From assembly GCA_051362555.1 (NCBI GenBank), contig CM120642.1:19158001-19222000 (forward strand): 64,000 nt of DNA. Direction: 5' to 3'. The notes beneath the pieces were generated by a model. It was given only the letters and a program-made list of their open reading frames with translations. It ran no database searches and was not told where the DNA came from. Shown here piece by piece: positions 9,984 through 24,923 of this stretch. The stretch comes from Lingula anatina (lineage: Eukaryota; Animalia; Brachiopoda). The translations under genes and the position numbers were made by a program. Numbering within the stretch: the stretch's first letter is position 1; every line of letters starts with the position of its first letter.

Positions 9984-12900
9984 TTTCTGTTGCATCTTTG
10001 ATCCGATATTACGGTAATGTATAGAAGTAAGGTGGTTATTTTCAAAGAGATTGCAAAGTCTTATGCAGAGCGCTATTTGCTACTTCCTCTAATTCATCTT
10101 CTAATAAAAAGGTTGGTTTTGAACATGTATTCAACAGAACGGCAGTTTCATACGAATTACTCGATTGAAATTTATACGTAAAGCGTGGTGTAGTGTTTCC
10201 AAGCCGTTCTATTTAGCATGGTGATTTATGGGAACGCTTTTGGGGACCTGAAAGCAATCTCTGACTGATGATTTATTTTACCTCTGACGAAAATCTCAAT
10301 AGTACCCACAAGCAATGTATCTTCAACGGTGTTTCGACGCAATATATTGATTCCAGTCAATTTCATGGTATTACGAAAGCTATCGACAAGCCGTGTTGGC
10401 TTTTCCTTTCTTAAAGCTGATGGCGTCTGGAAATGGATACTGATGTTCATTGGTATTACATTATGAGTCTGAGATAAAAAATTACTTTTCACGTATCCTT
10501 TTTTCGCTTCTGCATCAGATGCTGTTCAAATAATAATTTACGTATATGTGAGAAGTGAAATGAGAGCCTTGGTGAACATTTTTACTTTTATGTAATTGCA
10601 TTACTTTCGCCACGACAGGTTGGTATTATTAAGCATTAATCAGGCATTACCAAGAAAACAAGTAATTTCCCGTTTGTATTTTGCATCCTTCGATTTGGTT
10701 TCATCTAAGACTTTGTTATTGGAGAAAGCGCAAATCCAGTGCGTGTACATGTATTAATCTTAGATTCTGATGCAAGTGAATTCAGAGGGGAAACCTATGC
10801 TGCATTCTCATTAGTAAGCACTCTGTCTCAAGTAAAAAAAACACCTTTGTAATTGCATGTCGAAATCTGGAACTTATTGCCGATTTACGAACAGAAATCA
10901 ACACATCCAGTCTGATTACAGCTATAGACAATACTTACCTACCGCTTAGCGACACTATTGGCGGATTAATAGGTTTAATTGGTAAATTTGCGAGAGAGAG
11001 AGATGAAAAAAGTGGAGTTAAATGGTTTCCTTGACAAGTGCAATTACACCACTCAGCAGCCTTGATTAAACTGGACATTGTATGCCAGTAGGTTTACTGT
11101 TATTGCCACACAAATGCTAAATATATTCTAGTCTGAGAAAGATTTCATTCTCATTTCTCCTCAATTAGATTCATCGCCCTTTGTGAAAGGAGTAAATGTT
11201 TATCAATTTTCTATTTGATCATTTTGAACTGTACCTTTTACTGTATGAAAGCCAAATGCTTTCTGAAATTTTAATTTTGGAATTGGCGCGTAACATGCGT
11301 TGTAAAAGAGAAGTCTATAGTTAGAAAAAGTATCTTTGGATTTCGTTAACCAGTTTCCAAATGTTTACGATATTGATAACAAACTTTTTAGAACGATACC
11401 AAATTAGCCGTCATTTTAACGTTCTTCTGCATTAATGACGCAAATTTCATGGATGGAACTTTACAGAGTTGATTTTTGAAACTCTATAGTAGCCGTATAC
11501 AAATCATCAGAGGTTAGTTTTAGATTTTAAGCAGTCGGCCCAGTTTCGACACAACTCATGCAGTAATAACTAAAGTATATAAAGCCTGAATCTCTATCTT
11601 TACAAACTCGGAGCAAAGAGCCGCTAACATTTGTTTTATGTGGTTCTTTATTTTCAGACATTATTTTTAGTGGTTAGAGAACACTTCACGCGTGAGAAGT
11701 TTATAGCTTGTTAGACACACTACTTTAGCCACGTATATAGCAATTCAGGTACTCGCAAACGTCAGCATTTTGTACCCGAAGGCACTTTTCAGGTTTCAGT
11801 GTAGAATCACAACCTCTTGTTGTTCTCATAGTAATTATATTGTTTTATGTCTTAAACACAATGGTATCCAATTTCTTTTTGATGATAAAATTCATATTGC
11901 CAACGAGCATCTGTCAAAGATGATGCTTAAATCATATTCTAAATCGATACCCACTTCCATGAGGATTGCAATTAATACAAAACTTCCTTTTTGTAGAATG
12001 GTATTACTTCTGTTACCAAAACGCCTTGGAGATTGTTTTTAAATATATATTTCGTTCAACCGAAACGTAGCTTGTTTTCATCCGTTGATTGCAGATGTTT
12101 TTTTAACGATAAATGTAGTTTGATCCAAGGTATACGTACCAAGTGGATAAAAAATAAGACGTCCTGAACAATTTGTTACGTCTCTTCAGTAGTATGATTT
12201 TTCCTGAATGTGGCCAACTCGAAATGGATTTACTTTTTACATTATTAAACTATTTATCAATGAATTCATAAAAGGGGGTATGGGGGACAGGGGATGCTGT
12301 TGTCCCAGATTGTAAGCAAATGAATGAAGTCCACATCTGTCGTCAAAATAAAAGTTCTGCTAAATCCAGTTGTTACAAAGTGGAGCTCATGTTGAAACGG
12401 AGGTCATTACGTGTCAGCCTTATTTGTCAGGTGAACTGAACTTGGGCTGTAAGCGATATATCACGTGCCTAAAATCCCCAGTTTTGACATGCGATCACTT
12501 TACAAAAAATAACACAGTTTCGTTTTTCTAAGTTGAAAGACATGTTTGGTAAAGATTGGGCGTTCGCTTAAAAAGGTCATTCTTTAACAGTCGGACTCCA
12601 AATCAATGAAAATGGTTCAGGTGGAATATTCTGTAAATAGAATAAAAGTTCATTCTTAGGAAATCAGTTTGATAGATGATCGATAGCAAAATGATATCTG
12701 AGCCTGAACTAATTAAACTTTTCCACCGGGAGCGAGGGCCGCCTGTAATTGGGTTGGCAATTTCTAAGTGAATAATCCTGTTGTAAAATGTCATTTACGT
12801 AATTTTAACAACAAACTCGTTTAGCATCCTTTAATCTCAGTTGGCTCCATGTAACCGGAGATAACTATTAGGAAATTACGATCGCCGAGAAAAGGGGAAA

Positions 12901-15900
12901 TCGGATTTTGTCGTCTGTCCTGGAAAATGCCAATGAAAAGGAAGGAATTAGACCCTGGGAACCATTATGCTTTGACATACCAACCAGAACCTAGTATTAG
13001 CGTTTGCAGTTAAAGCAATATATTTCAGTCTGTTTTATAGATTTTCACTGGTCGGCGGTAGGCTTTTACCGGTTTAAGGTCACTTAGACGTAAGAGATAC
13101 AAATACAGTTAATACCAGCTGAGAATGACAGGTGGCGGACAAGAACCATTATACGTTGTCTACTGGAAGGTTGATGCCGACGTCCATTTTTATCCCTTTC
13201 TCGGTCAGTAGCATAGAATTATGTCGTGTCCTTAAAAAAAGACAAACAGTGCACGTATAACCTTTGTTACCCAACCAAAATATATAGATGGTGAAAGAAA
13301 CAAGGAAAATCCTAGGAATTTTAGCAGTTCTCCCTTTATGAAAAAGGTATTTTGAATTCAAACCGCGCGATTTTTTATACAGTCTGGAGTGCAATCATGC
13401 GGTGATGATCTCCATTACGAGAACAACTCAACAACTAAAAACTAAAACTCGATACCGGGCTTATAGATCGTGATTCTGCAGGTTTTGGTTTGGTATACCT
13501 ATGTAATTCAGAGAAACGTTATGAAATTTCGGGGAAAAATGTTATATAAAGGTCTAATGCTGTATTAATGCTCATCGTTGAAAGATGGAGTAATGTAGTA
13601 TATTGATTCAATGTAAGCTTAGGACCTAAGATGGACAGCATTTTTTCAATGATAGTGAACGGGCATGATCCATTGAAGATTGACTGAGATTTGACTGAAA
13701 TCCTTTTAGAATCCCGCTATTACTCCCTGCAACTCATGAACACCATTTACCATGCACAACATCGTCAGCCAATACAGATTACAAGATACAGCTGCTATTA
13801 TTGACCCCAAGGGTACCATATTTTAATCAACTCAAGAAATCATTAACTTTGTTTGCTATCAATCAAAGGGGCAGGTAACAAGAGGAAGACCAAAATTGTT
13901 ATTGATATATGTCATGGCGGTAGTGGGCCCTATCAACAACAACTGACGTGAAGAATTACAGCAAAGGAAAATGAACAAATCAATTAACTAACCCAACTCT
14001 CTCCGCAGTCTTTGTGTTTCCTTTGATCCTAGCACGTTAATCTTGTGCTGCATACCGCTTTACTTCTATATATTATCCTGAATAAAGTATCCATGTTTGA
14101 AAACGCCCCAGAGTCATATTTTCTGTGCTACATTTCCTGAAAAACTAGTTCCAATACTTTCGGGTTTTTTTTTCAGAAATAGACAGGAAGACATTGCGGC
14201 CAAAGTGACTGGACTGTCATTTAGAACTTACGAATTGGATTAGAAATGGTACAAAATGTCAAATCCACGTACAGGATCCAGGCGAACATTGACTTAAGAG
14301 TCGAGGAATTTTTTTTTTCGGAAATACCGATTTGGTGAGAAAATTCTGGATGGAATATATTTAGCTGTGATATCATAACGTAAAGTCAGTCAGTTTCATT
14401 GAATACGAACATTACACTTTTATTATCTGTATCCTAATTGAAATATTAGCTAAAAACAAAAAGAAATCACAACATTGAACACATTAAATATTTCAGTTAC
14501 AATGTTTTTTAAATAAAAAAAAATCTGATTGCAGCTATTAAATAATTGACATAAATAGAATCGCGTTAAATATCAATTTATACGGCAAAACAATCATTTA
14601 GAACCAGAACCAAATACATCGAAAAGATTGCATGGAACCGCTTATGGACAGATTGCTCTCGCTGCTTCCGATAATGCCTGGTGCTGCGAACATTTAAAGT
14701 GGCCATTATACAGCTTATCTCTATTCTAGTAACATTTATTGCTTCTGAATGTTCTGAACAATAAAGAAATGAGCGGCGATATTAGTTTTCGTCTTGCATA
14801 CCAATCATCTGAGGGCAGAAATGGATCAGAGCCCTCGGACTTCAAATGATCTGAACTTCAAAGACTTGTAAAATCACCATACCGCCGTGTCAGTACGTAA
14901 AGGGATGTATATCAATTGTACGCAAATTCTGCAATATACCATTTTTGGCTCAAAGTTAATCTCACCAAAAAGATCACAGTATTTTGGTGAAAATGGACAA
15001 AAATGTAAATCTGCATGATCTTGTAAGGATATCTTACCTCTCCTCTCGCTAGCTAGACTACGCCCTATTCAGTGCTATACCCACCGCAGGCGGGTAGATG
15101 GCTTCTAGATGAAAAAAAAAGCTAACGCTGCTGAAAGCAAATATGGTAACTTGTGGTTTTGTCCTTCGTGACAGACATTTTCACTTATGCTACCAGAGTG
15201 CTAGCATTCCAAAACACGAGGTAAAACCAATGCATGTATGCAGAAAAGTGAAATATTAGCCACATTAGCTGATCATATGATAGTAGTCTATAGGGGTTTA
15301 TTCATTAAAAACACGATGCAGCTAAGTATGAAAGGAAAGGTTTTTCAAGCGTATTTTCCTATATGCCGTGATGAAAAAGTCAGATTACCAATATGATATT
15401 TAGATATGAATATCACACAATGTGCTATCTCAACAGTACACGCTAGTAGTACTACTTACAGTTATAAATGTGCACTGTTTGCAGTAAGGTTTACTTTAAA
15501 AATGGAGATGAAGGAAATTACCTCATTTAAAGACGGATGTTTGACGTGGCCCCAAAGTCAATTTACTTAAATGAATTAATAGGAAAATTGTATTCAGCAC
15601 GAGGCGTCTAAACTAAAAAAGCACGGTTTCATATGCTGAGGACAAAATTTGTGGATCACAAGTTTTGACCCAAAGTGACAGATCATTTGGAGTTTCAGTA
15701 ACGAAATCTATAGATAACCAACTTGAAATCTTAAAGTTATGGCTATTTGTTAAAATGATGTATATATGTTTTCAGGGAACTTGATAAAAAAAGACGTTGA
15801 GCCACAGGATTATATGTGCGATGAGATAGGAAAGATTGCATTACTTTTCAAATCAACAGAAGGGTGATAACCGTAAAAGCCAAGCATAAGATACAGTCCT

Positions 15901-18100
15901 CAAAAGTGTGAAAAAAAATCTTACTTTACGTTCTAATACCTTTGGCAACAAATGGTAGTATAACTAATTTCCTGTGTGGAAAGCTCACCAAATAACCAGG
16001 GAGACCGGTATCTATTCAACGCACGGACAATACATGCAAATGAAAACTTAGATAAGCGTACATTACGCTGCAGTGCCATAAAACCATTCCCCTTTTAGTC
16101 ACGATAACAAAAAACAATTCTGTATTTTAGTTTCTCGATACCACCTTTCTGCCCTGTGTGAAACCGTGTCAAAGAGATAACGCCACTTTCAATGAAGCGT
16201 AATAACCTCCGGAATCCGCAGATGAAAGTGGCTTCATTAGTCAATTCAGCTTTGCTACAGTCTAAAAAGGCAACGGTCGATTCAGCGCCAGTGGAAAGTT
16301 TTGCAAATCAAGTAATTGTATACTGACATTTTTACAATTACAAGTAGCCGGCAAAGGTTCAAGTAGCTTTACAGTACATTCGTGGGATTCAGAATACCTT
16401 GCCCTTTAATAACAGTAGATATCAACGCCTTTGGGTTTACATTTAAATTATCAAACATTCGTTTAAGTGTATATAGTTATTTAACAATATGTTATTGGAA
16501 TATTAGCGTCTTTAGAGACGATGAAGACGCTGCGTTCTCATCAAGAGGATTAACGCTGGTCTCTGACGTTTAAGCTGATCGGTTAAAAAAGGAGGACAAA
16601 AGATCGTCGTCCACCGGTTAACAATTGGTCGTAATTCCAGTAATGAATAAAGCGCATACGTTCTATCTAGTTTTGATAACTGAGATCCGAAAACAAATTA
16701 GGCAGCAATGATAAGAGAAATTACTCTTTATCTCTGTCTTATCTTCACGCCATTATCTTCTGTAGTAAAAATACAGTGCGCGTAGGAATAGGATGAAATG
16801 TCTTCCACGGTTTTGATTCAATTTGGTGAAACAACTCAGCAATTCCAAAATGTTCTAACTTTGTGTTTTTTTGTATTGCATGATTTAATGTCGCTAAGAA
16901 TGCAAAAACTAGGTTATGTAAAATTTAATCATGTTACCCACCTTTATGACTTTATGGCTGAGCTTTAACGCAGTGACTGTTGACGGCACCAAATATCTTA
17001 AATCTTCATATACTTCTTGCCACCTCTTCCCGAAATGTTAATCAAATGCCTAGGCAAAAAACAGAAGAAGTGCCTTCCCGTAACTCTGACGCCGTTTAAA
17101 TAGGAGAGGGAACGCTGTTTTTACCCCTGCTTAGCTCCATCGATCTTGTGTGGTGGTTGTCGGCAGATCTTGTTTCCACTTTGGAAGGACGAAGTCAATT
17201 TTGATCTTTTGTCAACAACGGCAAATGGGAAAGATTTTTTCTTGGGGAGAGGAGGAAGAATAAAGAATCTCTTTCACAAGGGGGCCACTGTTGCATAATA
17301 TATAATTTGGAATATCATATTTTTTCAAAAATCATAATGCAAAACGGAATATTCGAAGATCTGAGACAGCAACAGCATTTTCAGACAGATAGAGGGTTCC
17401 TATATCCATTAGCCGTTTCCGGTTTATTTCACTTCATTTAAATAATTAGGACAAGGGGCATTTTGCTCTCTAGGTATCTGCATGAAATAACAAACATGAC
17501 TATCAATAGTTCATATTATCCTTGGTTAATGTCAAGATCACTTCTGTATCCATAGAAAAGTAACTTCAACAATAATTAAAGATGCACATAAAGTCAATTT
17601 TTTGCCACAAAAGCCAACCAAATGCCAGCATATAGTCTCAAGTAGTATAACTAAGAGAATCACCAATAAGCATTGTATAATTTTACCTGAAAATGATGTT
17701 TGAACGGATTTTTCTGCTAGCATTCTATGCTTAATGTCAATAGGACAAAAAAGTAGGTCACGAAAGTGGGTTAAATTTCTGACCAAAATTTTAAAGAAAG
17801 GAGCAGTCTAAAGCAGTCTAAAGCTCTTTTAAAGAAAGGAGCAGTCTAAAGGGCTGATCGAGTGATCTGTTCAGTTTATCCCTTCGCATGTCGAATTTAT
17901 TTGAGTCGTATAAGAGACCTGTAGAAGTGGTTTATATGTGTTAATGGGAATCCACGCTCGACCGATGCTCGGTTCGTACACATGTACGTACCTGTAAGTG
18001 GCTGAAAATAAATTTTACTAATTTTAATATCTATATAAGAATTAAGCAATGTTAGAATCAAACTAGTCTGTATAATCGTAACATCCATTTTTTGTTCACA

Positions 18101-18101
<1 letters not shown>

Positions 18102-18154
<53 letters not shown>

Positions 18155-18165
18155 TATTATTATTA
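18102..18165. repeat. (TAA)n/(TTA)n microsatellite
   Basis: Directly visible; explains the poly-Ile ORF. Confidence 0.95.
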
Positions 18166-19146
18166 GTTCTCGAGACAGACTGATCATAAAAATTGAGGTG
18201 TGTTTTTACAAATCCAAAAATCAAAAAGCAAAGAAAAAAAGAAAAAAATAGTGGTGAGATTATGTCTCAAAAAAAAAAAAATAAATTGAAGAAGGATTAA
18301 AGTACTGATTAATCCTTGTAGACGTCTTGCAGTCGACTTATATCGGAAGATCAACACCACTCGTCCGAGACCGCGATCGACGTTTGATGCATCGAAAACG
18401 AATTACTGGCTTAAGTGGTTTCGAAACTTGACAGGAGATTGTTATTCACTTTTGATTTAGGTTGTTTTTGTTCTCACCCTAGGGGCAACGATACACGCTC
18501 CGAACGTTCTTGGTTGGTCTTGAATACATATAAGCCTTCGTTCGTTCTTTGCTCCACAGGGTTTTTATTCTGTGAACTCGGATACGATCGAGATTTTCTG
18601 ATATCATTGAGTGGAACGATCCAAAGTAATGAGTATGTAGTAAGATTACAGCAAATATGACAACAATTATTCTGCTCGAAGATGATTAAGCGAGATGTGA
18701 TTTCTTTACCAAGGATGGGTCGGACTCGTAATTCGTTGAGTATTGATTTTACAAAGACGTTCGTTTATGCCCTGAGACGTGCGCTGATAGTACCTTTCTT
18801 TGCACTCACGGTCAGTGTAAAGGCCCACCTAGCGTATAGCAGTGGCATATGACAAAAATTGGCCACATGCAAACAAACGCAGGGCTTCGTTACACTTACG
18901 TTACACTCACGTCTCGAATGCGGAGGTAAAGCTTAGTGTGCGTTCGAAACCTGGATGGAGACGAAATGTTCTGAGCATGTAGAAAAACAAGTTCAATCTT
19001 CAATTATATATACGCTGGAAAGAGGGTGATTTTATACGCTCAAAGTTGTGCATACACATGTATAATTCATGCCATATATGATCCTTATACGTGACAGAGC
19101 CTTAAAGAGCGGACAGGCTGGAACTTGCCGAAATTTAGCCGTCTTA

Positions 19147-19361
19147 GGCTCTATTCCCATAGATTTTAGATCGATCTATCCCCGCGGGGAGTCTCACTAG
19201 ATTACTTTCAGATAATCCGACTTAAATGTCCGTCCGGCCTACTACAAGCTTTAAGGGGGTAACTAACTTTCGTGTCCGCCCGGCTGACAGCTATTTAGCG
19301 TGAACCCCCAGGGAGTTAGGTCGATCTAAAGTAGGTCGATCTAATCTATGGAAATGGGGTG
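19147..19361. mobile_element. Harbinger/Tourist-type MITE (AGATCGATCT family)
   Basis: TTA duplication; sub-terminal inverted TTCCATAGA..TAGATCGATCTA; near-identical to 50173-50387. Confidence 0.85.
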
Positions 19362-19364
19362 TTA

Positions 19365-19551
19365 CAGCGCATTCAAAACAGCGGACTAACAGATCCACGG
19401 ATCAAGTATGGCCGACCCACTTGAATGCTTGTTGAGTAATCCCCGCAGGAATCTATTTAGACCCTAATCGGGAATTAAGCGGCAAGCTTTTTGGTGGGTG
19501 ACCATATTTGATCATCAGATCTGTTATTAGTTCGCTGTTCTGAATGCGTTC
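19365..19551. mobile_element. Second MITE abutting the previous one
   Basis: TIR GCGCATTCAAAACAGCGGACTAA / TTAGTTCGCTGTTCTGAATGCG; TTA on both sides. Confidence 0.7.
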
Positions 19552-20470
19552 TTAGATGCGTTTTACAAAAAATATTAAATACTGCTTACCCCGTTTTATA
19601 CCGGGTTTTTAATTAAAAAGTTGAAAAAGCAATTTGCGATGAAATTAATAATGATAGTTACTGTCAGTGGGGATGATGGCCAATTGAGGCATGTCAGTTG
19701 CGATTTACTATGAGTCAGTCGTATGTTAAGCGCTCTTAGTCCAATACTAGTTCAACGTCGACTTTATCAAGTGGACAAAGTATTTGGACTTTTTGGCAAA
19801 CGGACATGTGGAAGGGCAACACGGCTTCATAAACAAGAAATTTTAGCGTTTAAACCGATTTCTTTGTGAAGTTACTATTAAAGGTTTCAGCTGTTATTAA
19901 TCTATCAATGAATTAATGTTGCGTAGCAAATCAATTAATTTTTCCAATTATTAATACTGCAATGAATCAACTTATTTCATCACAATCGTATGACCTTTCG
20001 TCAGTCGGATTTATCATAACAAATACACAAAACTTTCCTTCCAATTTGAAATAAAAACTTTTTACTGCTATGTTTCAGTGTCATTGTCAGTTTAGGGGTG
20101 CCTGTGCCTCGGCAACATTGAAAATAACTTTCAAAAATGAAAAAAAACTTTAGCTACTTTAATAACACTCATCCAGTACGGAGTTTGTGGTAGAGACAAT
20201 CTAATAAACCCAGGCTTTGTGTAGCAGAGCAGAAAATCTTTTTTCATTTCTGTATCTTCTATTTCCTATACTATCCCATTACCAAGCATTCAGTTGAGAA
20301 ACGCTACAAAAATCGAGCATGTATATAAAAAATTACCATTCAAGACAATATTCCTTTTTTTTGCAATTTAATCCCACGACTGTTCGTCTTACACAGATCG
20401 GTGCTTCAGGACTGAAAAGAACATGAAATTAGTTTTCTTGGCACGCAATCGAAGTTGCTGCTGATATTCG

Positions 20471-20689
20471 GGCCCTGGTTTCACAGAAAAAAAAGTTCTC
20501 TGACTAAGAACTTTTAAGTTCTAAGTCTTCTAACTTCTTAGTCAGAGAACGTTTTTTAAAATTTAAATTACCGAGGTTACATAGTCACATGGGCACATTT
20601 TACCCTATCAGTAGCAGTGTAACAGCACTCTCGTGGAAATCCTAGTCAAATAAGCCAGGGAACTGACTTTTTTTTGTGAGACTGGGGCC
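20471..20689. mobile_element. Harbinger-type MITE
   Basis: GGCCCTGGTTTCACA...TGTGAGACTGGGGCC termini; internal palindrome TTCTCTGACTAAGAA..TTCTTAGTCAGAGAA. Confidence 0.65.
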
Positions 20690-23600
20690 TGGTCTGGTTA
20701 AATTAAACCACGTAAAGCAGTGAGTGCCAAATGATTATATGGGGGTTCTCTAAAGAGAACACAAAGCAGAAACTATGACTGAAATGCCATAAAACAGTTC
20801 ACAGTCGCTAATGAAATGAGCTGCCACGTCCGGCGTTCGCCTCAAGCTACGTACGGGTTAATGTACCGGTCCCACGAGGGTTGAGCGTTCCACACAACGT
20901 CTGCTTTTGACCAAAGTGAAAAGCCGGCTTCGTCCTGGTGTCGCTTGATAGATGTGTTTACAAATTTCATGCAGTGCCGCATTCAGACATTAGAAGACTT
21001 CAGGAATTAATTCAAGCGGAAAACAAAACTTCCACAAATGTGAATACTGAGAAAAGAAAAAAAGAAAGAAAGTCAGACAAGTCACGACCACAAAGTTGCT
21101 TCGGATAATAAAATGTGTCGACAACTTCTTCGCGGGCCAATTTTCTTAGACGACCTTAAATCGGAAATTGTTAGATTGACTCTTAATTAAGAGCAGCACA
21201 AGTGAATGAATGCAGTTGTGTGTCATGCAGAACAGCAAAAATGCTTTAAAAATCTCAAGAAAAATACTGAAAGATACTGAATTCACTATGGCGGGTGTGA
21301 TCTCACTTGTCATGAAGAAAAATTCACCTCAGTGTGCATAAAAGGAATGAAAGGATAAGAATGTTACAGCTCTAGCAGATGCTCCCTTAAATGCAATCAA
21401 TCATGAAATGTAACACTTCCTTACTGTCCAGTTTTTTAAGAACGGCAGGCCTCGGATGCGACGCCAACCCTTGCCCCTTGGTGTCGGGTTCGGTATCTTG
21501 AAGGGCAAATGGTGCCATTTCGTATTTAGAACTACGATTCAGCTCTTCAAAATTCTTATATCAAGAGGTCCCCCTTAAATCCGCCACTGGTCTTTTGGGG
21601 CAGTTTAAAAGTTATAGAGAAAAAGGCATTCAGATTAATCATTTATCCAGCTACCCTTGCGCTGAATTCCTTGATTTTATTATTTAATATTTGCTCGTAT
21701 GGTAAGACCAATTATTGTATGAGAAAATCTCTCAACTTTTCATATCTTCCTATTTGTAACATGTCTCCCTGAGTAAATCAACAATTCCCACGTCATTTTG
21801 GCACAGAAAAAGGCTTGTCTCCTGAAACAGACGTCAATTTCCTACAGCAATCAAATCATAATGCTTATTCTGGAAATCGAATAATATTTACTGATGATTT
21901 TTGATTTCCCTTTATACTTTATACGCGCATTTGGTTTCCTTGCACTTCCTCACAATATGATTTAGTCGACATAAAACAAGGACAATTATTGATCAGTGGG
22001 AGGTTTTTGTTATTAATCTCTGAGCAAACACAAATCCGCGCGCCATCCCTCCTTCCGGTCTTCGAAAAACCATGGGTTGTCATTTTTAAAATACACGTGC
22101 CTTGTTCCCTTTCATTTCTTTTTGGTCTGTAGCGTAGGTGTATTTGTGCCTTTATTGTAAAGGCATTGAAATAATGTATCCTGTTTGAATATGGTAATTT
22201 ATGGGAAAATAACCGCTTTATATAGCCATCAGTGTTTTGTACCATTTTTGCCTCTTGCAAATCGATTTCTTGACTATTACCATTCCTTGTTATATTTCGT
22301 TTAATTCATTTCGCAAAACAGCACCCGACAGGTTAGTGCCCAGACGAGTTACTATCTGGGGATGTCTGGAGGCATCGACTTATTTGCGTCTCTTGTCTCC
22401 ATCTTCTTCCGAGCTTCATTGTATGCGCCGATCTTATTTCTTTACAAAAGTTAAGCAGCTTTGGGGAAAGTTTGCTTGTGTTTATTCAATTATTCCTCAT
22501 TCACAACATAATTTTATTCTATGAAAAAGGAACCCACCACTACCGATGACACGAACTCGGAGTGACATGTATAAATACCGAGCAACTAATATTTAAACTT
22601 AAGTCATCTAAACGTAATTTTTAGAATTTGAAGAAAAATAACTTACAATGAACAACAGTTTTGAAGATTGAATTAAAGTTTTTTTTAAATTTTGTTTTTT
22701 ACTTGCCACTGCAGATAAAATTTACTTTGAATGGCTTTGTCTGTTTATTACTTAGAATTTTACATTTCATATTTTGAAGTAAGATTGGCCTCTTTTTAAC
22801 ATTTCTCAAATGGAATACTGTACGTATATCTGTCCTTTTTTTCATAACCTTTACAGATATACTAGCATACATATTGCATATGAAATAAACTTCTTCGATC
22901 ATAATAACAGTTTCGCTTATATTTTTCATCGTGGGAAAACAATCTGGGACAAGTTTAGCCAGGGAATTATATCCAATATAATTCCCTGGTTTAGCCAAGC
23001 GAGGTAAATTTGTACAGGACAAGGTAAGCGGCGGTAAAAAGAGACCGCTACATCATGTTACGAAGACGTTGGTGCACAATAGACCCAAGAATAATCGCAC
23101 TCTGGGCATTTAAAGCCAAATATCGACCGTTACCCCACTTACCGGTAATTGAGCTGGACAAATACGTTGAGTTGGAATTTCTCCGGTAAAACTTCTTTGA
23201 CCGTGATACATATTGTCGCCAGTCACGGGCGTGCGTGACTAAAGTTTGAAAAGATTTTCTGGTTTATAAAACCGGTTCTATTAATGTATCGACTGCAATG
23301 AAAGCGTTTAAGTTAATCTACTTGTTTTGATTAAGTTTCCCCAGTATGGAAACCGGACATTTCCAAGTTGTTCGAGTCAAGGTCACACGCTAATATGCCT
23401 CAGTCAAGGTCACGCGTTATGATTTAATAGTGTGAATTAAATTTCGTCATTTGTATTTCATTTTCATTTTGGAAATTTTGTCATCATCTCTGAACTAGAA
23501 AATGCATAAAAACTTCAGTTGATTGAACAGCCTTAATAGAACTCAAATATAAAATGTAAAATCCGAAGTAATAAACGGACAAAGCCATTTAAATAAATTT

Positions 23601-24923
23601 TATCTGTTGTGGAAAGTGAAAAAAAAAGGAATGAAAAAAACAGCAATATGCAGAAAAACCTTAATTTACGATTTAAAAACCGCTAGTGGGGGATGACTAG
23701 GAAAATGAAAGAAACGCCAGGCACTAATCAAATTCTATAGTGACACTGATCAAATTGAAACCATGTAGTGAGTGAGATCCAAAAAGGGCAAGTAAAATGT
23801 CAACTGCCATTAAATGGACCATTAACGTGGACAATAAAAGACGATAGGATTGAAGTAGCACGAGTTAATAACTCCATCCCATAACGAAGTAACGGTCATT
23901 CCGACGTAATTTGCAGAAACCCCAACGGCAATTTATTTCTTTTGCGACTGCATATTTTTGGGGGCGAGAAGAAAGATGCCATACTAACAAAGTTTTATTT
24001 TATCTATATTTAACACTATTATAATATATTACGTAATATAACATTATTCTGAAAAATATTTAGATTATTAAAGCATTTGTTCTCCAATATCAGTGGCGTT
24101 AATTGCCTAATTCGCTTTTTTTAAAGTAATATCAATAAAGAAAGAGCAAGGAATATGATATTATTTTGGATCAGTCAATACTGGACTTTCTTCCTATCTG
24201 ATCACGTGACCACTCGACGTTTCACTCCTTCACAAGTATTCTACTAATAAGTTAAAAAAAAAAAACGATAAATTCCTAGATATTTCTTTATTTTTGGGCT
24301 CAAGTACGCAGGTCTAGATCGTACATTCTTTCAATGCGGGCCTCACCATAAAATGCATTAGAGTGCCAACAGCAAGGTGCTATTATGATAAGACATTAAT
24401 TTCAAAGTCCCGTATTTATTTGGAAAAAAATTGGCGCAAATACGAGTTACTTTTCGCCAAATTCATTTGTCTTAGTAGAAACAAACTCACTTTAGCGATA
24501 ATGATGCGATATAGAGAACCAAGGATCCTCTCACCAAAGTCATCCTATGATGTTACAGCTTTACACAAATTTTCCTTTTCTTCGGCCTCGAGTTAATTTT
24601 CTTGTACAAAGTATCTTCCTTGGGGAAATGTGTTTCAAGTACAAGAGTTAGCAATGCACTTAATGAGGAGGACTGCGATTTCATCCAAAAACAAAGGAAA
24701 AAACTATTCCTGTGTATCCGTACTCACTTGGTTCCATTTAAATTAATGAATAATCTGAATAATCTTACACATTTATTCTTTTACGCCTAGTATTACGAAA
24801 AATGTAATTTTGTCAATGTACTTGAAGATAATAAATGAAGAAAATAAATGACTGCGAATGTCTTTGAAGTTGCCGCAAATTGGAAGATGCCATAGTAAGC
24901 AGATCTCTTCAGTTTAACTGCAC

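Noticed and set aside
17790-17851. Short direct duplications (also 57670-57718)
   Set aside because: Ordinary slippage-type micro-duplications with no further structure.
17897-18187. ORF with a poly-Ile hydrophobic stretch
   Set aside because: Produced by the (TAA)n microsatellite.
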